Source: an uncultured Solirubrobacterales bacterium
GTDB taxonomy: Bacteria > Actinomycetota > Thermoleophilia > Solirubrobacterales > 70-9
Reading direction: 5' to 3'
Length of the DNA stretch: 64,000 nt
NCBI GenBank assembly: GCA_963758845.1
Contig: CAVWWX010000001.1
Span: forward strand, 45,067 to 109,066
The notes beneath the pieces are model-generated. The model worked only from the letters and a program-made list of their open reading frames with translations, was not told where the DNA came from and searched no databases. Positions 52,127-61,995 of this stretch are shown piece after piece (position 1 is the first letter of the stretch; the number at the start of each line of letters is the position of its first letter). Position numbers and translations under genes: made by a program.

Positions 52127-53881
52127 ATGAGCCGACGCAGCGCCACTCAGTCACTCGCAGCCTCGCCGACGATGGTCGGCGCGGTCACCGTGCTGATCGC
52201 GATCGTCGCGGTCTTCCTGGCCTACAACGCCAACAACGGGCTCCCGTTCGTGCCCGTCTACCGCGTCTCGGTGGAGGTCCCGAACGCTGCCCGCCTGGGC
52301 ACCAACAACGAGGTGCGGATCGGCGGCACCCGGGTCGGCGTCATCGAGTCGATCGAACCCGTCAGCGAGGGCGACACCACCGCGGACACGGGCGAGACCG
52401 TGGCGGCGGATGCCACCGAAGACACCGGCGGCGTCAAGGCGCTGTTGAACCTGAAGCTCGACAAGAGCGCGCAGCCGATTCCCCAGGACTCGGTCTTCCG
52501 CGTCCGCTACAAGTCGGCCTTCGGCCTCAAGTACCTGGAGATCGTCCGGGGCAACGGCGACCCGGTGCCCGAGGGCTACGCGTTCGACGGCACCGACGAC
52601 GGCGCCACCTGCCCCCTGCCCGAGACGGCGGACGAGCCTCCCGCCCAGGGCGCCGGCGCCAACGGCTGCTTCCAGGAGCAGACCGAGTTCGACGACATCG
52701 CGAACACCTTCGACACCGAGACCCGCGACAACGCCCGCCGCAACCTGACCGGGTTCGGCGACGGCTTCGCGGCCCGCGGCTACTCCCTGAACATCGCGAT
52801 CGAGAACCTGCGCCCGCTGATCGAGAACCTGAAGCCGGTGGCCGACGTCCTCGTCGAGCCCACCACGCGGTTCGCCCGGTTCTTCCCCGAGCTCGGCGAC
52901 GCCGCGCGCATCGTCGCCCCGGTGGCCGACGAGAACGCCGAGCTGTTCACGTTCATGGCGACCACCTTCACCGCGATCTCGTCCGACCCCGAGGCGCTCA
53001 AGGAGACGATCTCGGAGGGCGTCCCGACGCTCCAGACCGGGATCGACACGCTGCCCAGGCAGGTCCCCTTCCTGCGTGACTTCACCACCCTGTCCCGCGC
53101 GCTCCAGCCGGGTGTCGCCGACCTCCGGATCACCCTGCCGACGCTGAACGACGCGATCGACGTCGGCACCCCGGTGCTGAACGACTCGGTGGGTCTCAAC
53201 AGCCGGCTCGAAGGCGTCATGCGCGAGCTGCTGGACCTGGTCGAGCAGCCCAGCACCCGGACCGCGCTGCTGCGCCTGAAGGACACGTTCGACACCGCGG
53301 AGCCGCTCGCCCGCTACGTGGTGCCCGCCCAGACCAACTGCAACTACTGGAACTACTGGTTCACGTCGGTGCCCAACGCGCTGTCGGACGAGAGCACGAT
53401 CGGCTACACCTTCCGCCAGGCGCTGACGAACTACCCGCCGGGGCCGCAAGCGTTCAACCTCCCGAACGGTGACCCGCTCGTGGTCGACGCCGAGGCCGAG
53501 GCGCCGATGGCCGGCTACTCCGGCATCCAGTCGAACGGCCAGATCGGTACAACCGCCCCGCCAGATCCCGGCGTCACCTATCAGTCGGACGACTTCGCGC
53601 CGTACAAGATCCCGATCACCTACGCCCCCGTCTACGGGCCCGCGGGCCAGAACCTGCCGGGGCAGGACTTCGACGACTGCCAGGGCGGCCAGGTCGGCCT
53701 GCCGCTGGGCCAGCTGGGGCCACCGGGGAATGGCCAGCCGCTGAGCAACCCCGCGATCGCCGTGCCTGACCTGCCGGGGTCGCGGGGCCCGACCACCCTC
53801 TTCTGGAACCAGGACTCCACCCGCGAGCTCCGCGACACCCGCGTCAACAGCCGCCAGCCACAGAGTTGGGACGGTCTCTGA
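52127..53881 (+). CDS. Mce/MlaD-family protein 3 of 6
   Basis: ATG 52127; TM segment MVGAVTVLIAIVAVFLAY, then YRVSVEVPNAARLGTNNEVRIGGTRVGVI. Confidence 0.85.
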   Translation: MSRRSATQSLAASPTMVGAVTVLIAIVAVFLAYNANNGLPFVPVYRVSVEVPNAARLGTNNEVRIGGTRVGVIESIEPVSEGDTTADTGETVAADATEDTGGVKALLNLKLDKSAQPIPQDSVFRVRYKSAFGLKYLEIVRGNGDPVPEGYAFDGTDDGATCPLPETADEPPAQGAGANGCFQEQTEFDDIANTFDTETRDNARRNLTGFGDGFAARGYSLNIAIENLRPLIENLKPVADVLVEPTTRFARFFPELGDAARIVAPVADENAELFTFMATTFTAISSDPEALKETISEGVPTLQTGIDTLPRQVPFLRDFTTLSRALQPGVADLRITLPTLNDAIDVGTPVLNDSVGLNSRLEGVMRELLDLVEQPSTRTALLRLKDTFDTAEPLARYVVPAQTNCNYWNYWFTSVPNALSDESTIGYTFRQALTNYPPGPQAFNLPNGDPLVVDAEAEAPMAGYSGIQSNGQIGTTAPPDPGVTYQSDDFAPYKIPITYAPVYGPAGQNLPGQDFDDCQGGQVGLPLGQLGPPGNGQPLSNPAIAVPDLPGSRGPTTLFWNQDSTRELRDTRVNSRQPQSWDGL

Positions 53882-55632
53882 TGCGATCCTCGGACTCGAA
53901 GCGGCGCATGCCCAACTGGGCGATCGGCCTGATCCTGATCGTCGTCGTCGGCGTCGGCTCGGTGCTGGCCTACACCAAGAAGCTTCCGTGGGGGGATCCC
54001 TACGAGGTCCAGGCCGTGTTCGCGAACGCGCAGAACCTGCGCCCGAAGGCGCCGGTGCGGATCGCCGGCATCAACGTCGGCGAGGTCACCTCGGTCGAGC
54101 ACCTGACGATGGACGACCCCGCGCTTCAGGCCCAGGCCGACGCCCAGGAGACCCCGCTGCCGGAGGAGGGTGCGGGGCAGGCCGCGGCCCTGGTGACGAT
54201 GCAGCTCAACGACGAGGCGCTCCCCCTCCACGAGGACGCTCAGTTCCAGCTGCGGCCGCGCCTGTTCCTGGAAGGCAATCTCTTCGTCGACACCAAGCCC
54301 GGCAGCCCGAACGCCCAGGCGGTCGGCGAGGACCACAGGTTCGCCGTCACGCAGACCTCCAGCTCGGTGCAGATCGACCAGGTCTTCACGACCCTCCAGT
54401 CCGACGTCCGGGCGGACCTCCAGACGTTCCTCGACCAGTTCGGCAACGCGCTGATGAAGTACGGCGGCGCGAAGGGGTTCCAGGAGCTCTACCGCTCGTC
54501 CGAGGGCGCGTTCAAGTACACGTCGCAGGTGAACGAGGCGCTCCAGGGCACCCGCACCCACGACCTCTCGGGGCTGATCGGCAACCTCGACAAGGTCGTC
54601 GCCGCGCTTGGCTCGAACGAGACCGCGCTGCAGGAGCTGGTGACCAACTTCCGGGTGGTCTCGGGTTCGTTCGCCGCCGAATCGGCCTCGCTCGAGCAGG
54701 CGATCGCGAAGCTGCCCGACGTCCTCGACGCCGCCCAGCCGGCGTTCGCGAACCTGAACGCCGCGTTCCCGCCGCTGCGCGCCTTCTCGCGCGAGGCGCT
54801 CCCGGGCGTGCGCTCGACGGCGCCGACGCTGCGAGCCGCCACGCCGCTGATCGACCAGGTGCGGCTGCTGGTCTCCGAGCCGGAGCTGCGCGGCCTGGTC
54901 GCCGACCTGCGCCCGACGATCCCCGACCTGGCCCGCCTCTCGGCGCGAACCAAGCCGCTGCTGGACGAGTTCCGCAGCGTCTCGAGCTGTTTCAACGAGG
55001 TCGTGATCCCGTGGTCGAACGACACCGTCGACCCGCCGGCCTTCTACTCGAGCAACCTGGAGCCGAAGGGCACGGTCGCCGAAGAGACGGCCTCCGGCCT
55101 CGTCGGAATCGCCAGCGAGAGCCGCTCCGGCGACGCGAACGGCCAGTACATCCGCGTCCAGGCGGGTGGCGGCGCCAACACGGTCCTGATCCCGGGAGGG
55201 GCACCCGACGGCACCGACTCGGTCGGCCTCCTGGACTTCCCGCTGCTGGGCGGCGTTCCCAGCGTGCACGGGAACACGGCTGACTCGCAGGTGCCGCAGT
55301 TCAAGCGAAACGTGGCCTGTGAGACCCAGGAGCCCCCGGACCTCGCGGCGGCGGGAGTCACCGCCGGCGACGCGGGGATGCCCTCCTCGCCGAACCCGGT
55401 CGGCCCCGAGGACCTGATCGACATCATCAACGACATCATCCCGCTGCTGCCGGCCGACGCCGCCGCGCAGCTGAGGCGCGAGTCCGCCGCCTACATCGAG
55501 GCCCAGCAGGAGGGCGACCCCGACGCGCTGGCCGAGGCGGCGCAGGGCCTGCAGGAGGCACTCCAGGAGCTCTCGCAGTCGGGTAGCGCGAAGCTGGACG
55601 AGGCGACCGCGAACACGGAGCTGGGCGGCTGA
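53881..55632 (+). CDS. Mce/MlaD-family protein 4 of 6
   Basis: ATG 53881 overlaps the TGA; WAIGLILIVVVGVGSVLAY, then YEVQAVFANAQNLRPKAPVRIAGINVGEV. Confidence 0.85.
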   Translation: MRSSDSKRRMPNWAIGLILIVVVGVGSVLAYTKKLPWGDPYEVQAVFANAQNLRPKAPVRIAGINVGEVTSVEHLTMDDPALQAQADAQETPLPEEGAGQAAALVTMQLNDEALPLHEDAQFQLRPRLFLEGNLFVDTKPGSPNAQAVGEDHRFAVTQTSSSVQIDQVFTTLQSDVRADLQTFLDQFGNALMKYGGAKGFQELYRSSEGAFKYTSQVNEALQGTRTHDLSGLIGNLDKVVAALGSNETALQELVTNFRVVSGSFAAESASLEQAIAKLPDVLDAAQPAFANLNAAFPPLRAFSREALPGVRSTAPTLRAATPLIDQVRLLVSEPELRGLVADLRPTIPDLARLSARTKPLLDEFRSVSSCFNEVVIPWSNDTVDPPAFYSSNLEPKGTVAEETASGLVGIASESRSGDANGQYIRVQAGGGANTVLIPGGAPDGTDSVGLLDFPLLGGVPSVHGNTADSQVPQFKRNVACETQEPPDLAAAGVTAGDAGMPSSPNPVGPEDLIDIINDIIPLLPADAAAQLRRESAAYIEAQQEGDPDALAEAAQGLQEALQELSQSGSAKLDEATANTELGG

Positions 55633-57014
55633 TGGCCGTCGCGATCCGAAAGCACCTGCGCGACTTCATCGCCGTGGCCGTCCTGCTGGTCGTGGCCGGC
55701 GCGGTGACCCTTTACATCTTCCAGGAGCAGCGCCTGCGCATCCCGATCCTGGAGGAGAAGCCCTTCGAGCTGAAGGCCGAGTTCGAGACGGCCCAGGCGG
55801 TCGTCCCCGGCCAGGGACAGACGATCCGGGTCGCGGGCGTCCGCGTGGGCGACGTGCAGGACGTGGCGCTCGAGAACGGCGTCGGCGTCGTGACCTTCGC
55901 GATCGACCGCGAGTACCTGCCGGTCTACCAGGACGCGACGCTTCTGATGCGGCCGACCACCGGCCTCAAGGACATGTTCTTCCAGCTCGACCCGGGCACC
56001 CAGGCCGCGGGCGAGTACGAGGAGGGCGATGTCGTGCCCGTCTCGAACACCGCGCCCGACGTGAACCTCGACGAGGTCCTCGAGGCGCTCGACTCCGACA
56101 CGCAGGCCTACCTGCGGCTGCTCCTGGTCGGCGCCGGGACGGGCCTGGAGGGCCGCGACAAGGACCTCGGCGAGGTCCTGGGCGGGCTCGGGCCGATCAA
56201 CGAGGACCTGCGCAAGCTGAACTCCAAGGTCGCGTCGCGCCAGCAGAACCTGCGTACCCTGGTTCACAACTTCAACGTCCTCACCGGCCGCATCGCCCAA
56301 GCCGACGAGGACCTGGTCGAGCTGGTCACGACGTCCAACACGGCCCTCGGCGCCATCGCCGACCAGGACCCGAGCGTGCGCCGCGCCGTCGAGCTCCTCG
56401 GCCCGACCCTGACCCAGGCCGAGTCCACGCTGAACGAGGTCTCGAACTTCGCCGCGGTCGCCGGGCCTGCGTTCAACGACCTGCGCCCGTTCGCCCGCAA
56501 CCTCGACGAGTCGAACGCCTCGCTGGAGCAGCTGGCGAACTCGGCGACCCCGGTGCTGGAGAACGAGGTGCGGCCCTTCGTCCGCGCCGCCCGCAAGCCG
56601 GTCCCGGACCTGCGCCAGGCCGCGGACCGCTACTCGAGCGCCGCGCCGCGCCTGACCACGGTCGGCAAGAAGCTCAACGTCCTGACGAACATGGCGGCGC
56701 TCAACCCGAACGGCGCCGAGCCCACGGGCACCGCCGGGCGCGACGAGGGCTTCCTGTACTGGGTCGGCTGGCTCGGGCACAACGGCAACTACATCTTCAA
56801 CACGGCCGACGGCAACGGCCCCTGGCGCCGGATCTACTTCACGGCGGGCTGCAACCAGCTGGTCAACATCCTCACCGGCGGCACCGGCGGCCTGATCCCG
56901 ACGCCACCGTCGGGCGGCGAGGAGTTCAACGCGCTCCTGCAGCAGGTCAGAGGCCTTGCCTCGGGCGTCGGCACCCTGTTCGCCGACGGAGGGTTGTGTG
57001 ATCCGGACACATGA
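55632..57014 (+). CDS. Mce/MlaD-family protein 5 of 6
   Basis: ATG 55632 overlaps the TGA; FIAVAVLLVVAGAVTLYIF, then FELKAEFETAQAVVPGQGQTIRVAGVRVGDV. Confidence 0.85.
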   Translation: MAVAIRKHLRDFIAVAVLLVVAGAVTLYIFQEQRLRIPILEEKPFELKAEFETAQAVVPGQGQTIRVAGVRVGDVQDVALENGVGVVTFAIDREYLPVYQDATLLMRPTTGLKDMFFQLDPGTQAAGEYEEGDVVPVSNTAPDVNLDEVLEALDSDTQAYLRLLLVGAGTGLEGRDKDLGEVLGGLGPINEDLRKLNSKVASRQQNLRTLVHNFNVLTGRIAQADEDLVELVTTSNTALGAIADQDPSVRRAVELLGPTLTQAESTLNEVSNFAAVAGPAFNDLRPFARNLDESNASLEQLANSATPVLENEVRPFVRAARKPVPDLRQAADRYSSAAPRLTTVGKKLNVLTNMAALNPNGAEPTGTAGRDEGFLYWVGWLGHNGNYIFNTADGNGPWRRIYFTAGCNQLVNILTGGTGGLIPTPPSGGEEFNALLQQVRGLASGVGTLFADGGLCDPDT

Positions 57015-57051
57015 TCGAGCGTGACGGACAAGCACGGGAGGTGAGCGCCTG

Positions 57052-58638
57052 ATGCAGAAGCAAGCGCCTGGCGTCGGCCGCATCCTGATCGCCGTCGGCT
57101 TCACGCTGTCGTGCTTCGGCCTGATCCTGTTCCTGTGGATCGCCTTCGGTGGCCCGATCCCGCTGAAGCCCGAGAGCTACAAGGTCACCGCCTACTTCCC
57201 CGAGACGACCACCTTGGCCCGTGAGTCCGACGTGCGGATCGGCGGCGTCTCCGTGGGCAAGGTCAAGGAGATCCAGCTCGCCCCGCAGGAGTTCCGCGTG
57301 AACGGGAACGACACGACCGAGGCGACGATGGAGATCAGGCCCGAGTTCGCGCCGATCTCCGAGGACACCCGGGCGATCCTGCGCCAGAAGACGCTGCTGG
57401 GCGAGACCTACATCGAGCTGACCCCCGGCAGCGAGCCTGGCGAGCAGGCGGCGCCCGTGTCGCTGGGCGCCGCCGCGAACGTCTCCGACGCCGACTCCGA
57501 GGGCATCGCCACCGTCGAGGAGGGTGGCACCCTGGGCGTCGAGCAGACCCAGGACGCGACGCAGATCGACGAGATCTTCAACGCGCTCGACGAGCAGACG
57601 CGCGAGTCCTTCCAGAGCTGGCTCGCCAGCTCCTCGGATGCGATCGAGGGGCGGGGGCTCGACCTGAACGACGCGCTCGGCAACCTGGGCCCGTTCGTCA
57701 GCGACGCCGCCGACCTGCTGGAGATCCTGAACCGGCAGAAGGTCGCCCTGAAGGGCCTGGTGCGCGACACCGGCTCGGTGTTCGAGGCCCTGACCGCGCA
57801 GGACCAGGCGCTCGCCGGCGTGATCACGGGCTCGAACGAGACCTTCGAGGCCCTCGCGAGCGAGGACGAGGCGCTGGCCGAGTCGTTCCAGATCCTGCCC
57901 ACGTTCGAGCGCGAGTCCCGCCTGACGTTCGAGCGGCTGGACGAGTTCCAGGCCGACACGCGGCCGCTGGTCCAGGACCTGATCCCGGTCGCCAACGACC
58001 TGTCGCCCACGCTGGCGTCGGTGCGGCGCCTGTCGCCCAACCTCGAGAGCCTCTTCGGCAAGCTCGAGGTGCTGATCGACGCCAGCGTCGAGGGGCTGCC
58101 CGCGCTCGAGCGCACGCTCAACGGGCTGGGCCCGGTGCTCGAGGAGCTCGACCCGTTCCTCGCGAACCTGAACCCCGTCATCCGCTACCTCGAGTTCCAG
58201 AAGACCACTGTCACCGACTTCCTCGCCGGCCCGGGCGTGGCGCTGGCGAACTCGATCGACCCGGTCGCTTCCGACCAGGACGCGCCGCGCCACTACCTCC
58301 GCCAGCTCGGGTACCTGGGCGCCGAGACCCTGGGCGTCCACCCGGTCCGCCTGTCGACGAACCGCTCGAACGGCTACCTCGCCCCCGGTGCGCTGACGAG
58401 CTTCACGGCGGCGTCCAACGGCATGTTCCCCAGCTTCGACTGCCGCAACCTCGACTACAGCGAGGGCACCACCCCGGGCTCGCCCGAGGCGACCAGCGAG
58501 GAGATCCACACCGCCGACGACCCGGATCCGGACGCCAACGCGCCGGTCGGGGTCAGCTTCGCGCCCTGCATCATCGAGGAGCCCTTCCCCGGCGGCTTCT
58601 CCGACACCCGCTTCCCGAACCTCTTCGCCGACCCCTAG
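57052..58638 (+). CDS. Mce/MlaD-family protein 6 of 6
   Basis: ILIAVGFTLSCFGLILFLWIAF, then YKVTAYFPETTTLARESDVRIGGVSVGKV. Confidence 0.85.
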   Translation: MQKQAPGVGRILIAVGFTLSCFGLILFLWIAFGGPIPLKPESYKVTAYFPETTTLARESDVRIGGVSVGKVKEIQLAPQEFRVNGNDTTEATMEIRPEFAPISEDTRAILRQKTLLGETYIELTPGSEPGEQAAPVSLGAAANVSDADSEGIATVEEGGTLGVEQTQDATQIDEIFNALDEQTRESFQSWLASSSDAIEGRGLDLNDALGNLGPFVSDAADLLEILNRQKVALKGLVRDTGSVFEALTAQDQALAGVITGSNETFEALASEDEALAESFQILPTFERESRLTFERLDEFQADTRPLVQDLIPVANDLSPTLASVRRLSPNLESLFGKLEVLIDASVEGLPALERTLNGLGPVLEELDPFLANLNPVIRYLEFQKTTVTDFLAGPGVALANSIDPVASDQDAPRHYLRQLGYLGAETLGVHPVRLSTNRSNGYLAPGALTSFTAASNGMFPSFDCRNLDYSEGTTPGSPEATSEEIHTADDPDPDANAPVGVSFAPCIIEEPFPGGFSDTRFPNLFADP

Positions 58639-58716
58639 GCCGGCGAGCCCGGCGAGCGTGGCCGGCGCCTCCTCTGCGCATAGGATGCTCGCCAGCCGCA
58701 TGGAGGAGGGAGGACG

Positions 58717-59133
58717 GTGGCGCTGTTCAAGGACGCGGACGAGGTGTATGCCACGCTCGGGAAGCTGTTCTCGGATCTCGCCGAGGACGAGGTGCTCTCG
58801 GCGCGCTTCAGCGAGGCGAACACGATCGTGCGGTATGAGTACTCCGACCCGGACGCCGCGATCACGGTCCGCCTGGAAGAGGGCCAGCCGGCGGTGGTGG
58901 AGTTCGGCGAGACCGAGATGGAGCCCGAGGTGACGATGTCGATGAGCGCGGACACCGGGCATCGCTTCTGGCTCGGGGGCGTGAACGTGACCGCGGCCCT
59001 GGGCCGCGGCGAGATGCGCGCGGTCGGGCCCGTCGCGAAGATCCTGAAGCTGGTCCCGCTGGCGAAGCCGGTGTTTCCGCGCTACCGCGCCCAGCTCGAG
59101 GCGCAGGGGCGCCAGGATCTGGTGGGGGCCTGA
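58717..59133 (+). CDS. SCP2 sterol/lipid-carrier domain protein
   Basis: GTG start; 138 aa; ...DAAITVRLEEGQPAVVEFGE...ADTGHRFWLGGVNVTAALGRGEMRAVGPVAKILKL (SCP2-like pattern). Confidence 0.7.
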   Translation: MALFKDADEVYATLGKLFSDLAEDEVLSARFSEANTIVRYEYSDPDAAITVRLEEGQPAVVEFGETEMEPEVTMSMSADTGHRFWLGGVNVTAALGRGEMRAVGPVAKILKLVPLAKPVFPRYRAQLEAQGRQDLVGA

Positions 59134-59143
59134 GGAGAGCCGG

Positions 59144-59848
59144 ATGGGCGCGAAGGACGACGCCGCGGCCTGGGCCGAGACGGTGCGGGCCGTCGGCAAG
59201 CGCAGGGAGCTCACGTACGACGAGGTCGGCGGCCTGAACCCGCGAGGTGGCCCTGCCGCGCTGTGCCCGGGTGGCACGAACCGGCTGACCGGGCAGCTCT
59301 CGGACGGGTTCTGGGGCGCCTCGTGCGACGCCGACGAACGCGAGGAGGGCTCGCTGTTCTCGAAGGCGGTCATCCCGCACGCGATCCTGGCCAAGGCCCA
59401 CGTGCCGGATCTGGCGCAGGCGATGCCACCGTTCAACGTGGAATCGCTCGAGCGCAGCGCCGAGGACGTGATCGAGCGGCGCACCAGCCGCCACAAGGTG
59501 CAGTTCGAGAGCATCGAGTTCAACCAGCGGTTCCTGGCGACGGTGCCCAGCGAGTACGACCCGGTGGCCCTGCGCGAGATGTTCGGGCCGGGGTTCCTGG
59601 ACTGGGTGACCACGATCGACCGCGAGGTCGACTTCGGCGTGTCCGAGGGGCAGATCTACTTCCACTGGCGGCTTCGCGAGCGCACTCGCGAGGAGTACGA
59701 GGCGGCCCTCGACTCCGGCGCCGGGCTCTTCACCCGCGTCTACCGCGAGGTGGAGGAGCACGGCATGCACACCTACCAGCCCGGCCCCTGGCACGCCGGC
59801 CTCGAACCCTTCCCGGACGCCAAGGGTGAGCCTGCTCAGTCCGGGTAG
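59144..59848 (+). CDS. hypothetical protein (234 aa), only weak resemblance to DUF3137-type proteins
   Basis: Balanced composition, high GC3; ...[37 protein letters not shown]...; no TM or signal peptide seen. Confidence 0.6.
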   Translation: MGAKDDAAAWAETVRAVGKRRELTYDEVGGLNPRGGPAALCPGGTNRLTGQLSDGFWGASCDADEREEGSLFSKAVIPHAILAKAHVPDLAQAMPPFNVESLERSAEDVIERRTSRHKVQFESIEFNQRFLATVPSEYDPVALREMFGPGFLDWVTTIDREVDFGVSEGQIYFHWRLRERTREEYEAALDSGAGLFTRVYREVEEHGMHTYQPGPWHAGLEPFPDAKGEPAQSG

Positions 59849-60450
59849 TCCGGGTCGCCGGGGAGCACGACGCGCCAGTCCTCGCGGCTCCCGAGAACCT
59901 TCGGCAGGATCGGCTGGACGGCGCGCTCGCGGGCCGCCGCCATTACCTCCTGCGCCGTCGCGAACCCGGACAGCTCCTCGAGGTTTCGGACCGTCGGGAA
60001 GACGATCTCCAGCTCGTCGCGCGAGTGGCGCTCGAGGGCCTCGGCCGGCGCGATCCACGCGACCTCGGTGATCTCCGAGGCGTCCGGCTCCGGCTTGGCG
60101 TGGGGCGGCGCGATCGCGACGTAGAAGCGGGTGTCGAAGCGGACCGAGACGGGCTCGGGCGTGATCCAGCGCGACCACTCGACGAGGCCGGCGATGTCGG
60201 GCAGCTCGATGCCCGCCTCCTCGGCCAGCTCCCGCGCCGCGCACACACGGTGCGCCTCCTCCTCGGTGTGGGCGGCCAGCTCGTCGGCGTCGACCGCGCC
60301 GCCGGGGAAGACCCAGACCCCGGGCATGAAGCTCGCCGCGTCGGTCCGGCGGGCCAGCAGGACCTCGAGCCCGCGACTGGAGTGCCGTCCCCCGCGCCGC
60401 AGCAGCACAACCGTCGCAGCCGGGCGTGGTGTGACCGGTTCAGCGCTCAT
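59836..60450 (-). CDS. NUDIX hydrolase
   Basis: Nudix box GGAVDADE...[11 protein letters not shown]. Confidence 0.85.
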   Translation of the reverse strand: MSAEPVTPRPAATVVLLRRGGRHSSRGLEVLLARRTDAASFMPGVWVFPGGAVDADELAAHTEEEAHRVCAARELAEEAGIELPDIAGLVEWSRWITPEPVSVRFDTRFYVAIAPPHAKPEPDASEITEVAWIAPAEALERHSRDELEIVFPTVRNLEELSGFATAQEVMAAARERAVQPILPKVLGSREDWRVVLPGDPDYPD

Positions 60451-60486
60451 CCGCGGGGAATCTATCCGCGATACCCTGCCGCGGCG

Positions 60487-60672
60487 ATGGAGGCCGGAAC
60501 TCAGACCAAGCAGCTCTGGGTCTGCACGTCGTGCGGGTTCATCTACGACCCCGACGAGGGCGACCCCGACGGCGGCATCCCGCCCGGCACCGCCTTCGAC
60601 GACATCCCCGACAGCTGGTTCTGCCCCGTCTGCGGCGCCCGCAAGGCGGACTTCGAGCCCTACCAGGACTAG
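60487..60672 (+). CDS. rubredoxin
   Basis: 61 aa; [46 protein letters not shown] (two CxxC pairs). Confidence 0.93.
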   Translation: MEAGTQTKQLWVCTSCGFIYDPDEGDPDGGIPPGTAFDDIPDSWFCPVCGARKADFEPYQD

Positions 60673-60699
60673 GCGCGCCGGGGCGGGATTCGAAACGCG

Positions 60700-61995
60700 C
60701 TACTCGTCCAGCGCCCGGTCGCGAGCCCGGCCGGTTCGTGCCCTGAACGCGAGGGCGAAGAGCAGGGCGACCAGGGCCACCGGCAGCAGCACCGCGGCGA
60801 CGACGACCAGGACCCCGGCCGCCGTGCTCAGCACGTCGCCCGCGTCCTCGATCGCCTCGGCGATGCCCCAGTCGCCGTCGTCGCCGACGCCCTCCTCGGC
60901 CACGATCGATACCGAGACGGGCACGAGCTGCACGCGCTGGCGCACGTTGTCGAGCTCGGCCCGCGCCGATGAGAGCTGGGCGTTGACGATGTCGAGCTGG
61001 CGGCGCAGGGCGTCGGCCTCCTCGGTCGTGTCGGCCTGGGAGAGCTGGTTGAGGATGCTGTCGCGGTTGGCGTTCAGCTCCTCGATCCGGTCCTGCGCGC
61101 TGACGAAGCGGCCGGTGATGTCCTCGGTGCTCTCGGTGCGCGACTGGACGTGCGCCAGCTCGGACAGGTCGGCCAGCGCCGCCTGCAGGTTGCCGGCCGG
61201 CAGGCGCAGCTGGAAGGAAGATCCCAGGCCGTTGCCCTCGCCGCTCTGCACCGAGGACGAGACCACGATGCCGCGGTAGCGGTTGACGACCTCGTTGACC
61301 CCGTCGGACACGTCGCGAACCTCCTCGGGCTCGGCGGCGAGCATGAGGTCGGCCGTGCTGGCGACCTTGCGCTGGTCGGGAGCCACCTTGGCTGCGCGGC
61401 CGTCCTGGAGGCTGCGGGAGAAGCCGGAAACGTCCTCGGCCGGCGCGAGCGCGCGGGCATCGCCGTCCGCAGTTGCCTCCATCGGCTCGCTCTGCGTCGT
61501 GTCTCCACCCGCCAAGGGCGCGTCGTTGTGGGGCGCATCGCCCTCCGGCGCGGCCTGAACCGCATCGCCCCCGGGGGCCGTGCTGCCGGCGGTGCCGGCG
61601 TCATCGTCGCTGCCCGACTGCAGCCCGTTGGTCGAGACCACGAGCCCGGTGATCACAACGAGGGTTGCAACCGCGCCGATCGGCGCCGCGAGCTTGCGCG
61701 GGAGGAACCCTGCGAACCGCTCGCGCCGCACTGCGGCGTCGCTGCCGGGGCTGGGCTTGTGGCGCCTCGCGCGGGCAAAGCCGCTCGCCGCCCAGTTGTC
61801 GAGCTGGGTGGCGAAGTAGGGGTTGGGCTCGGCGCGCTCGTCGCGAAGCTCGCGGGTGAGCTGGGCCAGGCTCTCGCCGCCCTCGGGCACGGGCCCTCCG
61901 GCGAGGCAGGCGTCGATCACCGCCAGCTCGGCCTCGACCTCGGGGTCCAGCGCCTCTTCGGCGCGGTCGTTCGCGAACCTCTCAGGCAGCTTCAT
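60700..61995 (-). CDS. membrane anti-sigma-factor-like protein with DUF4349-type extracytoplasmic domain
   Basis: Overlaps the sigma gene by 14 nt; central TM segment (APIGAVATLVVITGLVV), ...LRLPAGNLQAALADLSELAHVQSRTESTEDIT..., C-terminal TM segment. Confidence 0.7.
   Translation of the reverse strand: MKLPERFANDRAEEALDPEVEAELAVIDACLAGGPVPEGGESLAQLTRELRDERAEPNPYFATQLDNWAASGFARARRHKPSPGSDAAVRRERFAGFLPRKLAAPIGAVATLVVITGLVVSTNGLQSGSDDDAGTAGSTAPGGDAVQAAPEGDAPHNDAPLAGGDTTQSEPMEATADGDARALAPAEDVSGFSRSLQDGRAAKVAPDQRKVASTADLMLAAEPEEVRDVSDGVNEVVNRYRGIVVSSSVQSGEGNGLGSSFQLRLPAGNLQAALADLSELAHVQSRTESTEDITGRFVSAQDRIEELNANRDSILNQLSQADTTEEADALRRQLDIVNAQLSSARAELDNVRQRVQLVPVSVSIVAEEGVGDDGDWGIAEAIEDAGDVLSTAAGVLVVVAAVLLPVALVALLFALAFRARTGRARDRALDE

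Noticed and set aside
49993-52146. 717-aa minus-strand ORF (with similar ORFs at 53632-55269, 55491-57104 and 56947-59613)
   Set aside because: These are antisense to the mce genes, which have clear TM plus MCE-domain architecture. The composition is Arg/Gly/Ala-rich.
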